Below, in pieces: positions 1 through 12,859 of a stretch of DNA of 64,000 nucleotides. The stretch lies in the NCBI GenBank assembly GCA_977017645.1, contig OZ360219.1, positions 275,156,001 to 275,220,000 of the forward strand, read 5' to 3'. This DNA comes from Torpedo marmorata. Lineage: Eukaryota. Made by a program: the position numbers and the translations under genes. The notes under the pieces were generated by a model that had not been told where the DNA came from, ran no database searches, and worked only from the letters and a program-made list of their open reading frames with translations. Every line of letters begins with the position of its first letter. The stretch's first letter is position 1.

Positions 1-414
1 TTATTTGTTTTTTTTAAAGTAAAATTAAATGCTCTGAAGTGGTTATCCTTGTGCATTTCGTATGCTACAAAATAAAAGTGAACTGTGCATTACTTGTGTA
101 TTATTGTAACAGGAAATCTGCATTGAGCAATTTCTAAGTTCATATTCCTTTTTGTTTAAGTTTCTAAATGTTTGCAGTGAAAATTTAAAAATCAAAAGAT
201 GGAAATTTGAACTGGGGAAAAAAAACTACTGCTAATAGGAAGAAGAAACGTATCTTAACATTCGAGGTAGTATACTTCAGCAGAGAATTATTTTTGTCAG
301 ATGTTGACCATGTGTGCTGCTGCTATAGAACAGTATAAGTAACATGCTTGGTTTTGTATTGTTATGAGTTGGCTATAGAAAATAGTCACTTAAATCAATA
401 CACTCAAAGTTATA

Positions 415-631
415 TTTTACATTTAGACATGCAACATGGTAACAGACCTTTCCGTCCCAAATGCACCAATAAACCTTTAAACTCCGTACGTTTTTGAAAG
501 GTGGAAGGAAACCAGATCACCTGGAGGAAACCCACACAGACACATGGAGAACGTACAAACTCCTTACAGATAGCACCGGATTCTAACCCAGATCGCTGGT
601 GCTGTAATAGCATTGCGCTCTCCGCGCCGTC
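415..631 (-). mobile_element. tRNA-derived V-SINE copy
   Basis: Reverse complement contains the V-domain-like core (AGGAGTTTGTACGTTCTCC...GTGGGTTTCCTCCAGGT) and the same tail as the other copies in the window. Confidence 0.8.
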
Positions 632-1331
632 CAAATAAGGTATCATTTTCTTAATGCAGCATATCGAATTTTGCCCACCATTATCACAAAACGTATCAGG
701 CCTGTAATTACTAGTGCATCATCCTAATTTTATGCAGCTCAAAATGCACTCTTGAGATAAAACTCAAGATTGGAAAGACAAAGTATGTAATTATACTGCC
801 GAACATGTTTTTCTATTCATTTTAATGTAGTACAACAACTGTATCCATCCATTTTCATGCTTTACTGAAATCTTTAAGAAAGCTTAAAATTAGCAGCACT
901 ATAATTTACCATTAGATTCAACTGAAATTGTAACAGCACCGCTGCGTGGTTATTTAGTACCCCAAAATTACCTTTAGTGTGAAATTTCAAGGTTAAAATT
1001 GCAACCCGAGATAACTTGGATTTCATTTAGAACTCTTAACTGGACAGCAAAGAACAATGCTGATTAACTTTACAGAAACATCACAGCATGAAATGCACTT
1101 CAGACTTAACTACTGTATTTCATATGTATTCTGGAAGTATTGTTGGCTTCAAATTGAACTGCAGTCTTGGTGATGGGCATCTTCAGGCAATCCGGATGAT
1201 CCTTGAGCAGCAGGTGATGATCTGTAACTTCTTCACCTCAGGACAAGCACAGAAATAGAATGGGTATAAATACAAACAAAATTTTAAAAATTAGCAACAT
1301 GAATTTTATTCTTCTGCAAACAGTTGCAGAA

Positions 1332-1585
1332 GGGGCGGCACAGTTAGCGTAGCGGTTAGGGCAAAGCAATTATAGCGCCAGCGACCGGGGTTAGAATCCG
1401 GCGCTGTCTCTAAGGAGTTTGTACGCTCTCCCCGTATCTGCGTGGGTTTCCTCCGGGTACTCCAGTTTCCTCTCACCGTTCAAAACGTACTGGGGTTGTA
1501 GGTTAATTGGGTGTAATTGGGCGGCACGGGCTGTGGGCCGAAAGGTTCTGTTACCGTACTGTATGTCTAAAGTTTTTTTTAAAAA
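1332..1585 (+). mobile_element. tRNA-derived V-SINE, near full length
   Basis: tRNA-like head (GGCGGCACAGTTAGCGTAGCGG...GGGTTAGAATCC), V-domain GGAGTTTGTACGCTCTCCCCGTATCTGCGTGGGTTTCCTCCGGG, and a tail ending TGTATGTCTAAA. Confidence 0.85.
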
Positions 1586-3301
1586 TTGGTTCTTGGTTAA
1601 GCAAGAGGCATTTGACCAGGGTGCTTCAGTTTTGTTGCATTCGTGTCTCCTTGCAAGAAATAAAGTCTGGGATTAGATGGTGAAATCCAGAGTGCAGATC
1701 AGGGATTTTTTTTTAACAATTAAATGGTGCTGCAGTTTAGTTGACAAACCTTCCTGCAAAAACTGACTCTGCTGCAGAATCCTGATTTTTCTTTTATTAT
1801 TTATTCACTCGAGATGCTGACATTTGTTATCCATCCCTGATAGCCTCTGAACTGAGGAGGGAATTAAGAAATGTACTGAATTGCTGGGTCTGGAGTCACA
1901 TGTACGCCAGACTGGGTAAGGATGCCAGATTTCCTTCCCTTTAGGGCATTGGCGAACCAGATGGGTTTTTGCGATTAACATGAGTAAGATGTTATACTGT
2001 GAAGATTTGCCATTAACTCTTGCACACTTAGAAGGACTCAAATTTGTGACATGATTTAATGTTACTGCTAAGAGTTAATTTATTCAAATAAAACGATAAA
2101 AGCAACAGTGGTTCCCAATTTATCTTTTGGCAAAAACAGTAATTGAAAATTATGGAAATTTTGGTACAGTTGGTAGAATCCAAATTTAACAATAGCAACG
2201 TAAGCTCGGCATTAAAATGAGACATTCAGGAAAGTTGTGATTTTTTTTTGGTGAAGTCTCTGCATTCACTTGGGAGAACTTAAAGCATACAAGTATATTA
2301 ATATGCTTTCATCTTAAGATTCTATGTGAATTTTAATTACAAGTTATTACTGTCTAGATGTAGGATTGTGTAGCAAATGCATTCCTATGTGTATGAGAAA
2401 TTAAAAAAAATTAGTAACATTTGTGAGTTTGCCATGTGATTTGCAAAGCTTGTGATTTATAGGAATGAAGTTAGATACAATTTCTTGGATTTTTATTTGC
2501 GTCGGACTGGTCCGCAAAGTCCACAGACTGCCTCTGTGCAATTTAAAGGGGATTATTTTGACCTGCTTTAATCCACTGATCACCTGATCAGAGTTCCATC
2601 CTAGTGATTAGCCAGCCTGAAACTCTGCTGTACTTCTGACACCTTCTCATCCAACCAGCTGGATTCCCAAGCTCCACCACTGATGGCTAGTGACTGGCCC
2701 TCAATCTGATCCATGGTTCATGTCTCCTCATCATTTACCTCCAACCACTATGATTGTAGCACATCAAATTTTATTAATAATAAAAGCATAAAATGTTAAA
2801 TATGCTCAGCAGGTCAGGCAGCAGCAGTGGAAAGAGAAATAGAGTTAACATTCAAATTAAAGAACTTTCAGACCCTTAATAGGTGCTGTCAAACCTACCA
2901 ACAGTTTCCAGCATCTGTACATTTACAATTTTATGGTTTTATTAAGTTTCCTTTGATCATTTTCAGCTTCGCTATGTGAGCTCATCATTTTTTTACAATT
3001 CCTTTTAAGTCTCTTCAAATCCCTTCTTCTGAATATTCCATTTTGATGAGCACTTTAATTAACTTTAATTATCAAGTTATGTGAATCATTTTAAGAACTT
3101 GGATTTATATCATGTATTATTGTACAGCAGAATAAACCTATTATTTATAAAGTAAGCTGCCTTCATTGAACATTATATTAGATTAATTAAACCAAAAAAA
3201 CCATTGTGTCAGTCAATGTCTTTATGTTTCAATGGACTTTCTAGAAAGTTCAGCTGCTCACTCACTTTACCAGTGATAATTTGAAGCTAGCCATCATAAT
3301 A

Positions 3302-4026
3302 CAGTAAAATCCCCAGTATCCAGAATTCAAGCAACCGGCATCCCCAGGCAACTGGCAACAAAAAAAAAATCGAGGAAATATATAAATAAATAAATTTGAA
3401 TTAAATAAGATTAAATAAAAATTTAAATAAAAGTTTAAAATTGTAAAAGTAAACGTTCTCCGAAGCAACACACAACCCCTTGGTGAAAATGGGAGCAAAC
3501 ATTCAGCCAGCGGAGCGCCCCGGTCGTGCCCCGCCCACAGCAGCTGTTTGAATAAAGTTGTGTTTGAATAAAATGGCGTTGCCAAGGATGAAGAGCCGGC
3601 CAATGCCGCTCCCCGCTGGGTCGACTCTCCCAAAGTGTCTCCCTATCTCTGCCTAGTAATAATCTTTATTAGTATATTATTAAATATATTAGTAAGGCTT
3701 TATCTGTAAACTTGGGGGGCGTGGGTTAATTATAATGGCGGCATGGTTAGCGTAGTGGTTATCTGTTACAGCGCCAGCGACCGTGGTTTGAATTTAAATT
3801 TTGTAAGTTACGGGAATTACCTGATTAAAGTGAACTTTACATAATTAAGGACTACAATACTGATTTTTTTTTTTAAATTACTTTATATTTTGCACTGTCT
3901 TTTAAACTGTTTATTCTTAATGCAGGTGTATTAGTTAGGCATTATAAGAGTGTCTCAGGCAACCAGAAAATTCACATATCTGGCATCCGCAATCCCCGTA
4001 GGTGCCGGAGACCGGGGATTTTACTG
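3302..4026. mobile_element. Tc1/mariner-Tigger-type MITE with internal cargo
   Basis: Terminal inverted repeats CAGTAAAATCCCC / GGGGATTTTACTG, TA on both flanks (3300-3301, 4027-4028), no transposase ORF. Confidence 0.8.
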
Positions 4027-4537
4027 TACTATTTTATTTGTTTTGCTTCATCATTTTTGACTTTGGAGCTTTAGTACATATGACAGGGACCGCAATAACT
4101 GAATCAATTTGAAAATATTTAAGGAGCTGGTCATCCAGGGTGCCATCAAACCCTGATTAGATTGTATTACATCCATTCCACTTTTTGTTATCCCTAACAT
4201 ATGCCTGGCATGGTTACAATGGACTGCATATCTTTCTTCTGTGGTTGCTAAAATAATGAAGCAGGCCTTTTTGTCATCAATTCATAGAATTATTTAGTGC
4301 AGAAGGAAGCAATTACTCCCGCTGTTGCATGGCGGCCTTTAAGAGAGAGCTATCTGGTCAGTCCCATTCGCATATATTATTTTTTAAAATTCCACTTCCC
4401 TTGTAAAAGTAATTGGGGCTCTGGTTTCAGTGCTGTTTCAGGTAAGGCATTGTGTGTCCAGTTTGCCAGTGCCTACAATTCTATTTTTGACTTTAAAACT
4501 AACCTTTCCCTGATTCTCTAGATGTTAATTCCTGAAC

Positions 4538-5091
4538 CAGAATCAGAATCAGAATTTATTGTCATGAATAAGTCATGAAATTCGGTGTTTTGCGGCAGCA
4601 TCATAGTGAAAACATTCATATTATTACCATCTTACGACATTACTATAAAAATATATATAAATAATAGTGCACGAAAAGTAAGGCAGTGTCTTTGGTCCAT
4701 TGATTATTCAGGAATCTGATGGCAGCGGGGAAGAAACTGTCCTTGTGCCGTTGAGTGCTCGACTTTAGGCTCCTGTACCTTTTTCCCGATGGTACCAGCG
4801 TGAAGAGGGCATGGCCTGGGTGGTGGGGGTCTTTGAGGACAGATACTGCTTTTTTAAGACACTGCCTCATGTAGATGTCCTCGATGGAGTGAAGTTTGGT
4901 GCCTGTGATGTCACAGGCCGAGTTAACAACCCTCTGGAGTTTATTCTTGCCCTGAGAGTTGGCGCCTCCATACCAGGCAGTGATGCAACCAGCCAGAATG
5001 CTCTCCACGGTACACCTGTAGAAGATTACGAGAGTCTTCGGTGACATACCAAATCTCCTCAGACACCTCACAAAGTATAGCCACTGGCGAG
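4538..5091 (-). mobile_element. Rex1/Babar-type LINE, 5'-truncated 3' end
   Basis: ORF2 C-terminus (FYRCTVESILAGCITAWYG...HHPGHALF.L.PSGKRYRS...SFFP) and a (TTCTGA)n tail. Near-identical to 28584-29110. Confidence 0.85.
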
Positions 5092-5264
5092 GCCATGGAA
5101 ACAGCTTTAGTTTCCTTACAAGATCCAGCATAAATTTGGAACATACCTATATTAAATCTTCTAAACAGTTATGTTTTATTAAAAGGAGCTCTAGTTTCAT
5201 TGGTTTCTTGACCTAACTGAAATGACAACCTCAATTTTGAAGTTTGTGACTCCCTTCTGCAACA

Positions 5265-5520
5265 TTTTTGTGGTTGTAGCATCTGTCACTCTTGAGGCAT
5301 TCAGGTTTAACTGTGGTATTCGGATCACTGCACTCAGTGAGATGGCATCTTTAAGATGAGAAATTAAACTAAGGATGTGAAAGTGCTATGAAGGGAACAT
5401 GAGTTCTCAGCAATGCCTTGTTCTCACCAATTCCTTAATTTATACATTTATTCCTCAATTAATATCACTAAAGCAAGACTGTTTGTTTGTTGCTTGTACC
5501 TGCTGCCACCAAATTGTAAT
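5265..5520 (+). mobile_element. Old degraded SINE (Deu-domain/SacSINE1-like)
   Basis: Weak recalled similarity (GGCATCTTTAAGATGAGAAATTAAACTAAGG...GAGTTCTC); highly diverged. Confidence 0.3.
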
Positions 5521-6239
5521 TCTTGTATGTAATCTGGATTTAAGTATTTAGGGTATGCTCTCTAAACTAATAAATGTCACAAGTTTAATTTCATACATTA
5601 TAGCTTGTTGGTCCATTTGTTGTTGTAAACTGCTTTGGGAAATCTCAAGCTTATGGAACATGCAACATCAATGCATCTGTGTCTTTTAAAGAAGAATTCC
5701 ATTTTCTAACTACAGTTGAATCAATAATGATCTCTTTACTTTCATCCTTAATTTTTTCAATAAACTCTAAGATCTAAAATGCTTTAACATAGCATTTTAA
5801 AATAGATTTACCGGTAACTTATTTTCTTATTGTACCAACATATGCATCTAACCTTGGTATCTGTTATTCTTCTAATGCTTTACCTTTCGATGTATATTTT
5901 TTTCTTTTATTCTTTCTATCATCTCATATCATGGATGTTAATTCTAATCTGATATAAATTTGCCCAATTTAGCAATTTAAGTAAATCCACCTGAAACCAT
6001 TTACTTTCATCAGTACAGTCAACCATGTTTTGTATTTTCCACAATGTACAGTACTATCTTGGACCTCATGCAATCTGGATTTTGATATTGACTAAATGTG
6101 AGAATAACAGGAGAAACTACTGTTTATATGCCACTTCCCTGAAAACATTAATTAATCAGTGTGACTACTTTTCTCAGAAAGATTCTCAGCAAATTAATAC
6201 TGTACAGCCACATATTATCAGCTTCTGCTTTGTGCCTTG

Positions 6240-6384
6240 TGTTACAAATTCAAACCAGCAACGACAGAAGACGCAATGCAAAAGGGGTAAAATTGAAATT
6301 ATTATTTATTAAACACAAGTAAACATATAATTTCACAACAATTAACCCCACTATAAACGTCTATAAACTCTATTCTTATCTAAA

Positions 6385-6425
<41 letters not shown>

Positions 6426-7160
6426 GCCCAGACCACTACAGTCTGGGCCCAACCCCTATGTAAAAATGGAAAAACTTTCCCCAAAAACCCCAGGTCAGTC
6501 ATAAAAAACAAGTCAGTCAAAAAAAAAGGATAATACAGTCTACAAAATTCACTCTCTAAGTTCAGGCTTCAACTTCAGCTCTTTGTCTGGTAGAAGTACT
6601 TCTGAATGAACGTTGGAGAGAGACAATGACTGTTTATGCTTACAAATACTTGTTTTCTTCTCTGATGACGTCCCCTTCTGGTATGTTCATAAGGATTGTC
6701 TGTTCAGATCAGTATACCACTGATTTAGGCGTATGCTTGAATCTCACAGCTAGTCTCACTGATCTCACGCCTGTTCTCCACAGAAGTTGCTTTTTAACTC
6801 AGAATTTCTCTGAGACAGGAGGCCATGTGCTATCCTGCCAGTCTTTTCTCTGACTGCCCACACGCCTGGATTTGGCTGTGTTCTCCAGCCTTTGCAACTT
6901 ACAACTGTCTGCCTTGTGCAGTGAACTACACCTGCTTTTTGCAAAAGTGAAACAAATGTATCTTGTCCACATTCTGTCTCTCTCTCTCTGGTCTCTCTCT
7001 GTCTGGGTACACCAAGAGTGCAACAATGTATCTTGTCTGGGTCCACCAAGTAGCTGGGGAAGTTAACTCTTTCAGTACCTGGCCCCAGTGTATACTCCAA
7101 AAGACTTCATCCTTCCTGCTGACCGTCCACAGTCCAAATGGTCAGTCATGGTCCATAACA
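6240..7160 (-). repeat. 3' LTR of the Gmr1-like element (921 bp)
   Basis: Direct repeat of 11641-12549; adjacent to polypurine tract GTGGGTGGGAGG (minus strand, 7161-7172); contains a (GT)n tract. Confidence 0.95.
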
Positions 7161-7292
7161 CCTCCCACCCACAAAGGAAATTTTGGTCTGCAAGAACAAA
7201 ATTTAGGAAAGTAATTGAGGTGTCAGAATATAAACAAAATCTACAATGTTCATCCACAAATACAAAATATGAATTATTTTCATTAATAAAGT

Positions 7293-10200
7293 TTAACATC
7301 TAGAAAGACAATCAGCAATTACATTATCTTTCCCTTTTATATGAGTGATTACCAAATTATATTCTTGCAAAATTAGACTCCAATTCAACAACCGTCGATT
7401 CTTTCCTTTGGAAAAAATTACTTATAATTTACGTAATAAATATCATTCTTTTTTAAAAATTTGGAGCCCATATATGAGAGTTATGGGTTTGAGGATTTGA
7501 AATTTTTGGAAATCAGATCTATTGGCGAGTTTAACCTCCAGATTAAAATTGGTTTTCAGATGGTTCTCTCCTCACTATTAATCTCTTTTTCTTTTTCTTT
7601 TTTCTTTTTCTATTTTTAGAATAGTGGGGTTGGGGGGGTTGGGGAGGGGTGGGAGGGTGCGGGGGGAGGAAATTTATATCACTGTATTTTGGAAACTATA
7701 TATTTTGAATTATGTATTATGTGATTTTAAAAATGTAAATAAAATAATAAAAAAAAAAAAACAACCGTCGATTCTTATTTTTCATTTTACAAAGAAAAAC
7801 CAATGGATTATGGTCAGTATACACTATGAGTGGTTTTTGAGCTGTACAGATATACACATCAAAGTGTTGTAGAGCCAACACAAGAGCCAACAACTCTTTT
7901 ACTATAGTTGAATAATTCCTTTGATGATCATTGAACTTCTTCGAGAAGTAGGATACCGGATGGTCAATGTCCTCTTCGTTCTTCTTCTGTAACAGCACCG
8001 CACCCACAGCTTCATCGCTGGCATCCACGGCTAAAGAAAACGACTGTTCTAAATTAGGTGACTTAAGCACAGGTTGGTGGCATAACATGGCTTTCAATTT
8101 GACAAATGCTTCCTGACAACCTGTTGACCATACAAATTTTTCTTTCTTTCTAAGCAAATTTGTGAGAGGGAGCGCAAGATTAGCAAAGTTTTTACAGAAC
8201 TTGCGGTAGTAGCCAATCATTCCCAGGAAACTCCTCAGAGTTTTCTTACCAGTTGGAACAGGGAACTCGGAAATAGCGACAACCTTTGCCTCTACTGGCG
8301 CCAACTGCCCCAGTCCTACTACATAACTCCGAGAATTAACAGTCCCATGACCCTCTCTGAAACTGGTTCTATCTGTCTCCTCCTTACCCCTGTCAATAAC
8401 CAGCACCTCTGGTACATTTTCAGTCCCTTTGTGCGGCACCTGTTCAAAATACGGCTTAATCATATTCACATGACAGACCTGTGTGTCTCGTCTGCGATTA
8501 GGTGTTTCTATGACATAGGTGACATCATTAATTTTTGACTTAACTCTATAGGGTCCTGAAAATCTAGCCCTAAGAGGATTTGAATGGATGGGAAACAGAA
8601 CTAATACGTTCTCACCAGGTTTAAAAGTTCTCATCTTAGCCTTTCGATCATACCAAACCTTCATTCTCTGTTGGGTGGCCTTTAAATTCTCCTTTGCCAT
8701 CTCACAAGCCCTATGTAACCAATCCTTAAATTTGGAAACATAATCTAACAGATTTAAATGCACATCACGATTAATCCACTGTTCTTTTATTAATCTTAAA
8801 GGACCTCTCACCTCATGTCCGAAAACTAACTCAAATGGACTAAAACCAAGTGAGTCTTGGACAGACTCCCTCGCTGCAAATAACAACAAATGAACCCCAT
8901 CATCCCAATCCTTTTCCTTCTCACAACAATAGGTTCTAATCATGGTTTTCAAAGTCGAATGGAACCTCTCCAAGGCCCCTTGACTTTCTGGATGGTACGC
9001 AGAGGATACAATCTGTTTAACTCCTAGTCCATCAACCACTTGTTGGAAAACGCCTGACATGAAATTACTGCCCTGATCTGATTGAATTTCCCTTGGCAAA
9101 CCAACCAAGGTGAAAAACTTTACCATAGCCTTTACAATTGACTTTGCTTTTATGTTTCTCAGAGGAATGGCCTCTGGAAATCTGGTGACTGCACACATAA
9201 TTGTTAACAAATACTCATTCCCCGCTTTGGTTTTGGGCAATGGGCCAACACAGTCCACAATTACTCTTGAGAAAGGCTCACTGAAAGCAGGGATAGGTTG
9301 CAAGGGTGCCACCGGGGGACCCTGATTAGGTTTACCCACCACCTGACAAGTGTGACAGGCCCGGCAAAAGCTTACAACCTCCCTTCTCAAACTGGGCCAA
9401 TTAAATTTTTTTCATTATCTTCCTTATAGTTTTCTTCACCCCAAGATGACCACCTAAGGGTGTACTATAAAGTTATTATTGCATCCCTATATACTTTAGG
9501 GATCACAACCTGCTGCACTACTGCCCATTCTTCATTGGCAGGAACATCACCTGGTCTCCACTTTCTCATCAACACCCCATCTTTTTCATAATAACCTACT
9601 GGCACCTTTTTAATCTCTTCTTCAGAGAGAACCTTATCCCTCACCTCAGCAAGATCAGGATCGTCCTTTTGCCTTGCTATTAACTCCTGTCGGGATAGTG
9701 ACAAATCTGTGCCTTTAGGTGTCTTATCAGTGGATGGGTGTAACATAGGAGATAGCTCAACCTTTTCCAGGTTTTCTTGATTATCAGTGTCTTTTTCTTT
9801 TACCAAGTTACTTTCCACTGCCTTCTCTACAGTGACATTTTTCTTAGACATGGCCCTGGTTATGGCACATGCCGGATAAATATCAGAGTCTTTCTCTGAC
9901 TTATCAATGACTGGCTTATTGGTCATTCGCACTGCAGGAACTACTTTACCCTTGGCCAAGTCATTGCCTAACAACAGTGAGACTCCTTCTACTGGCAACT
10001 CTGATCTCACTCCTATTATAACTGGTCCTTCCACCAAGTCTGAGTCCAATACTATTTTGTGCAAAGGAATGGACTCAACTTCACCACCAATTCCTTTAAT
10101 TAAATTTATGTCACCGGTGTTAGTAGCTTCACAAAATTCCAAGACACTATCTAACACAAGTGACTGAGCAGCTCCAGTATCTCGCAAGATTTTCACTGGC

Positions 10201-11509
10201 ACTTGTTTTGATCCTGCCTTAACTGAAACAAAACCATCAGTCACAAAAGGTTTAAATACATCTTTAACTTTGTCAGTAAATTTATCTCCTTCCTGGGTGT
10301 TATGCATCTTCTCACTCTGAATACAAGCATTAGGTTTTGCATCCTTTTCTCTCTTCTTTTTCAACACTGGACAGCTTGCTAGCATATGACCAGCCTTCTT
10401 ACAGTAGTGGCAAATGGGACCCGAATTGTTTTCCCTTTTCCACTTTCCTTCATCCCTTTCCTTAACACCACTTCCAAATTTACTTTCCACTTGCTTCTGA
10501 TTATCCACCGTGACCTTTTGGAAAATTCTACCTGACGTCCACTTAGGCTTGTGGGTTAAAGCATATTCATCTGCTAACTTAGCTGAATCTTGCCAAGTTT
10601 TCACCTCTTTTTCATCTAAGTATGCCTTAATATCCTCAGGAACACACCTTTTTATCTCCTCGATTATTATCAATTCTCTCAATTGATTTTAATCATTGTT
10701 TACTTCCTTAGATGTGCACCACCTGTCAAAACACACAACTTTTTCATAGGCAAACTCTGTATAAGATTGGGTTGCTGATCTTTTTAGATTTCTAAACTTC
10801 TGTCTATAAGCCTCTGGAACTAACTCATAAGCCTGGAGTATAGCCTTTTTCACCGTTTCATAATCAGCAGCTTGCTCTGTGGTAAGAGTAGAATAAGCTT
10901 GCTGAGCTTTTCCTTTTATTACACTTTGTAACATAAGAGACCATTGGTCTTGTGGCCATTTAATTTCACAGCCACCTTCTCAAAATGTTGGAAGTACTTA
11001 TCTATTTCTGCCTCCTCAAATGGAGGAACCAACCTAACTTCTCTACTAGCCAAAAACCCCTCAGCAGGATGACGAATTTGATCTTGGCGCTCTTCTTGTC
11101 TCCTCTCATTTTCCAACCTCATCTTTTACAACTCATATTTCCTATTTCTCTCATCGTTCTCTAAGTCTAATCTCTTTTGTTCTAATTCCATGTCAAATTT
11201 CTTTTGTTCCAATTCCAATTTCTTTTGTTCCCTGTCTTCCTCCAATTTCTTTTGTTCCAATTCCAATTTCTTTATTTCCAATTGTATGTTTTCAGAAGGT
11301 TTACCCTTGGGAAACTGCTCTAACATGCTCTCCTCAAACTTTTTTTCTTTTATATAGTACTTGACAATTTTTCTACCAATCTCTGCCTTTTTCATAGATG
11401 GTTTTGCAGAAGCAATGCCCAACTCTGTTGCTATAGCCACTAACTGTTCCTTTTTCGCCTTTTTTAAAGTATCAGGTTCAGGTGATTCCAAAAAATGTTC
11501 TACATCCAT
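7293..11509 (-). pseudogene. Disrupted gag-pol of the Gmr1-like element
   Basis: Coiled-coil and SCAN-like gag (AYELVPEAYRQKFR), CCHC knuckle CHYCKKAGHMLASC, protease LRDTGA, integrase (PLGGHLG...CRACHTC, DCVGP, SDQGSNF, GALERFH), RT C-terminal remnant and RNase H (FLGMIGYYRKF, VDASD, YTDHNPL, DNVIADCLSRC*). Broken by frameshifts/stops near 11125, 10935, 10685 and 9465, an RT deletion near 8350 and an L1 insertion. Confidence 0.9.
7404..7760 (+). mobile_element. 5'-truncated L1-type LINE nested in the LTR element
   Basis: Encodes PLEKITYNLRNKYHSFLKIWSPY (L1-like ORF2 end), has a G-rich 3' UTR, AATAAA and poly(A), and is flanked by the duplication ACAACCGTCGATTCTT (7388-7403, 7761-7776). Confidence 0.85.
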
Positions 11510-11613
11510 TGTTGCTGATTTTTCGTTACACACACACTAGCTTTTAATTAGCTTTACAAAAGGAATGCCTTATACCAAACTGGGATTCCTTCAATTACCA
11601 AGATGGATTTTGA

Positions 11614-11637
11614 TTCAAATCCTAGGACAAGCCCCCA
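11614..11637 (-). promoter_or_regulatory. Primer binding site, tRNA-Pro-like
   Basis: TGGGGGCTTGTCCTAGGATTTGAA, 3 nt from the 5' LTR, versus the tRNA-Pro complement TGGGGGCTCGTCCGGGATTTGAA. Confidence 0.8.
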
Positions 11638-11640
11638 ATT

Positions 11641-12549
11641 TGTTACAAATTCAAACCAGCAACGACAGAAGACGCAATGCAAAAGGGGTAAAATTGAAAT
11701 TATTATTTATTAAACACAAGTAAACATATAATTTCACAACAATTAACCCCACTATAAACGTCTATAAACTCTATTCTTATCTAAAAGGTGTGTGTGTGTG
11801 TGTGTGTGTGTAAAGCCCAGACCACTACAGTCTGTGCCCAACCCCTATGTAAAAATGGAAAAACTTTCCCCAAAAACCCCAGGTCAGTCATAAAAAACAA
11901 GTCAGTCAAAAAAAAAGGATAATACAGTCTACAAAATTCACTCTCTAAGTTCAGGCTTCAACTTCAGCTCTGTGTCTGGTAGAAGTACTTCTGAATGAAC
12001 GTTGGAGAGAGACAATGACTGTTTATGCTTACAAATACTTGTTTTCTTCTCTGATGACGTCCCCTTCTGGTATGTTCATAAGGATTGTCTGTTCAGATCA
12101 GTATACCACTGATTTAGGCGTATGCTTGAATCTCACAGCTAGTCTCGCTGATCTCACGCCTGTTCTCCACAGAAGTTGCTTTTTAACTCAGAATTTCTCT
12201 GAGACAGGAGGCCATGTGCTATCCTGCCAATCTTTTCTCTGACTGCCCACACGCCTGGATTTGGCTGTGTTCTCCAGCCTTTGCAACTTACAACTGTCTG
12301 CCTTGAGCAGTGAACTACACCTGCTTTTTGCAAAAGTGAAACAAATGTATCTTGTCCACAGTCTGTCTCTCTCTCTCTGGTCTCTCTCTGTCTGGGTACA
12401 CCAAGAGTGCAACAATGTATCTTGTCTGGGTCCACCAAGTAGCTGGGGAAGTTAACTCTTTCAGTACCTGGCCCCAGTGTATACTCCAAAAGACTTCATC
12501 CTTCCTGCTGACCGTCCGCAGTCCAAATGGTCAGTCATGGTCCATAACA
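11641..12549 (-). repeat. 5' LTR of the Gmr1-like element (909 bp)
   Basis: Differs from the 3' LTR by about 7 substitutions (counted by eye) and a 12-bp shorter (GT)n tract. Confidence 0.95.
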
Positions 12550-12859
12550 CTTGGCTAACATCTTTTAATGAGAATCCATGTAATGCATTTCTCCCATCAG
12601 TCCATTATATTCTCAAAAACTCTTTTAAATATGTTTGACATGACTTGCTTTCAACAAATCTATGCTTGACCCCTTAAGCCATGCCTTTAATAATGAATAA
12701 TAATTATACAGCATAGTCTCTAAAATATAGTGCTCCTAACATCAGTAGCGTTATTTGTCGTTGGTTACTCCCAATTTGAACAGAGGTTTTTAAATGCATA
12801 CTTTGCGTGGTTAAAAAATGTAGACCTTAAATTTATCTGAACAAGGCTGGAACTGGGTG

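Larger units (their letters stand above)
6240..12549 (-). mobile_element. Gmr1-like Gypsy LTR retrotransposon with both LTRs, defective
   Basis: Two ~0.9 kb direct repeats with TGTTA...TAACA termini; 4-bp TSD CTTG (6236-6239, 12550-12553); tRNA-Pro-like PBS and PPT on the minus strand; gag-PR-IN-(RT remnant)-RNaseH domain order. Confidence 0.95.

Noticed and set aside
1145-1262. Coding-looking stretch with balanced composition
   Set aside because: No recognisable peptide in the frames examined and no convincing splice-site pair.
4538-4556. (AGAATC)n hexamer repeats as telomere-like or satellite sequence (also 14565, 28584)
   Set aside because: They are the 3' tandem tails of the Rex1-like LINE.
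6626-7214. Duplicated 64-111 aa ORFs, repeated at 12015-12558
   Set aside because: They lie within the two LTRs; the duplication reflects LTR identity, and they have no protein motifs.
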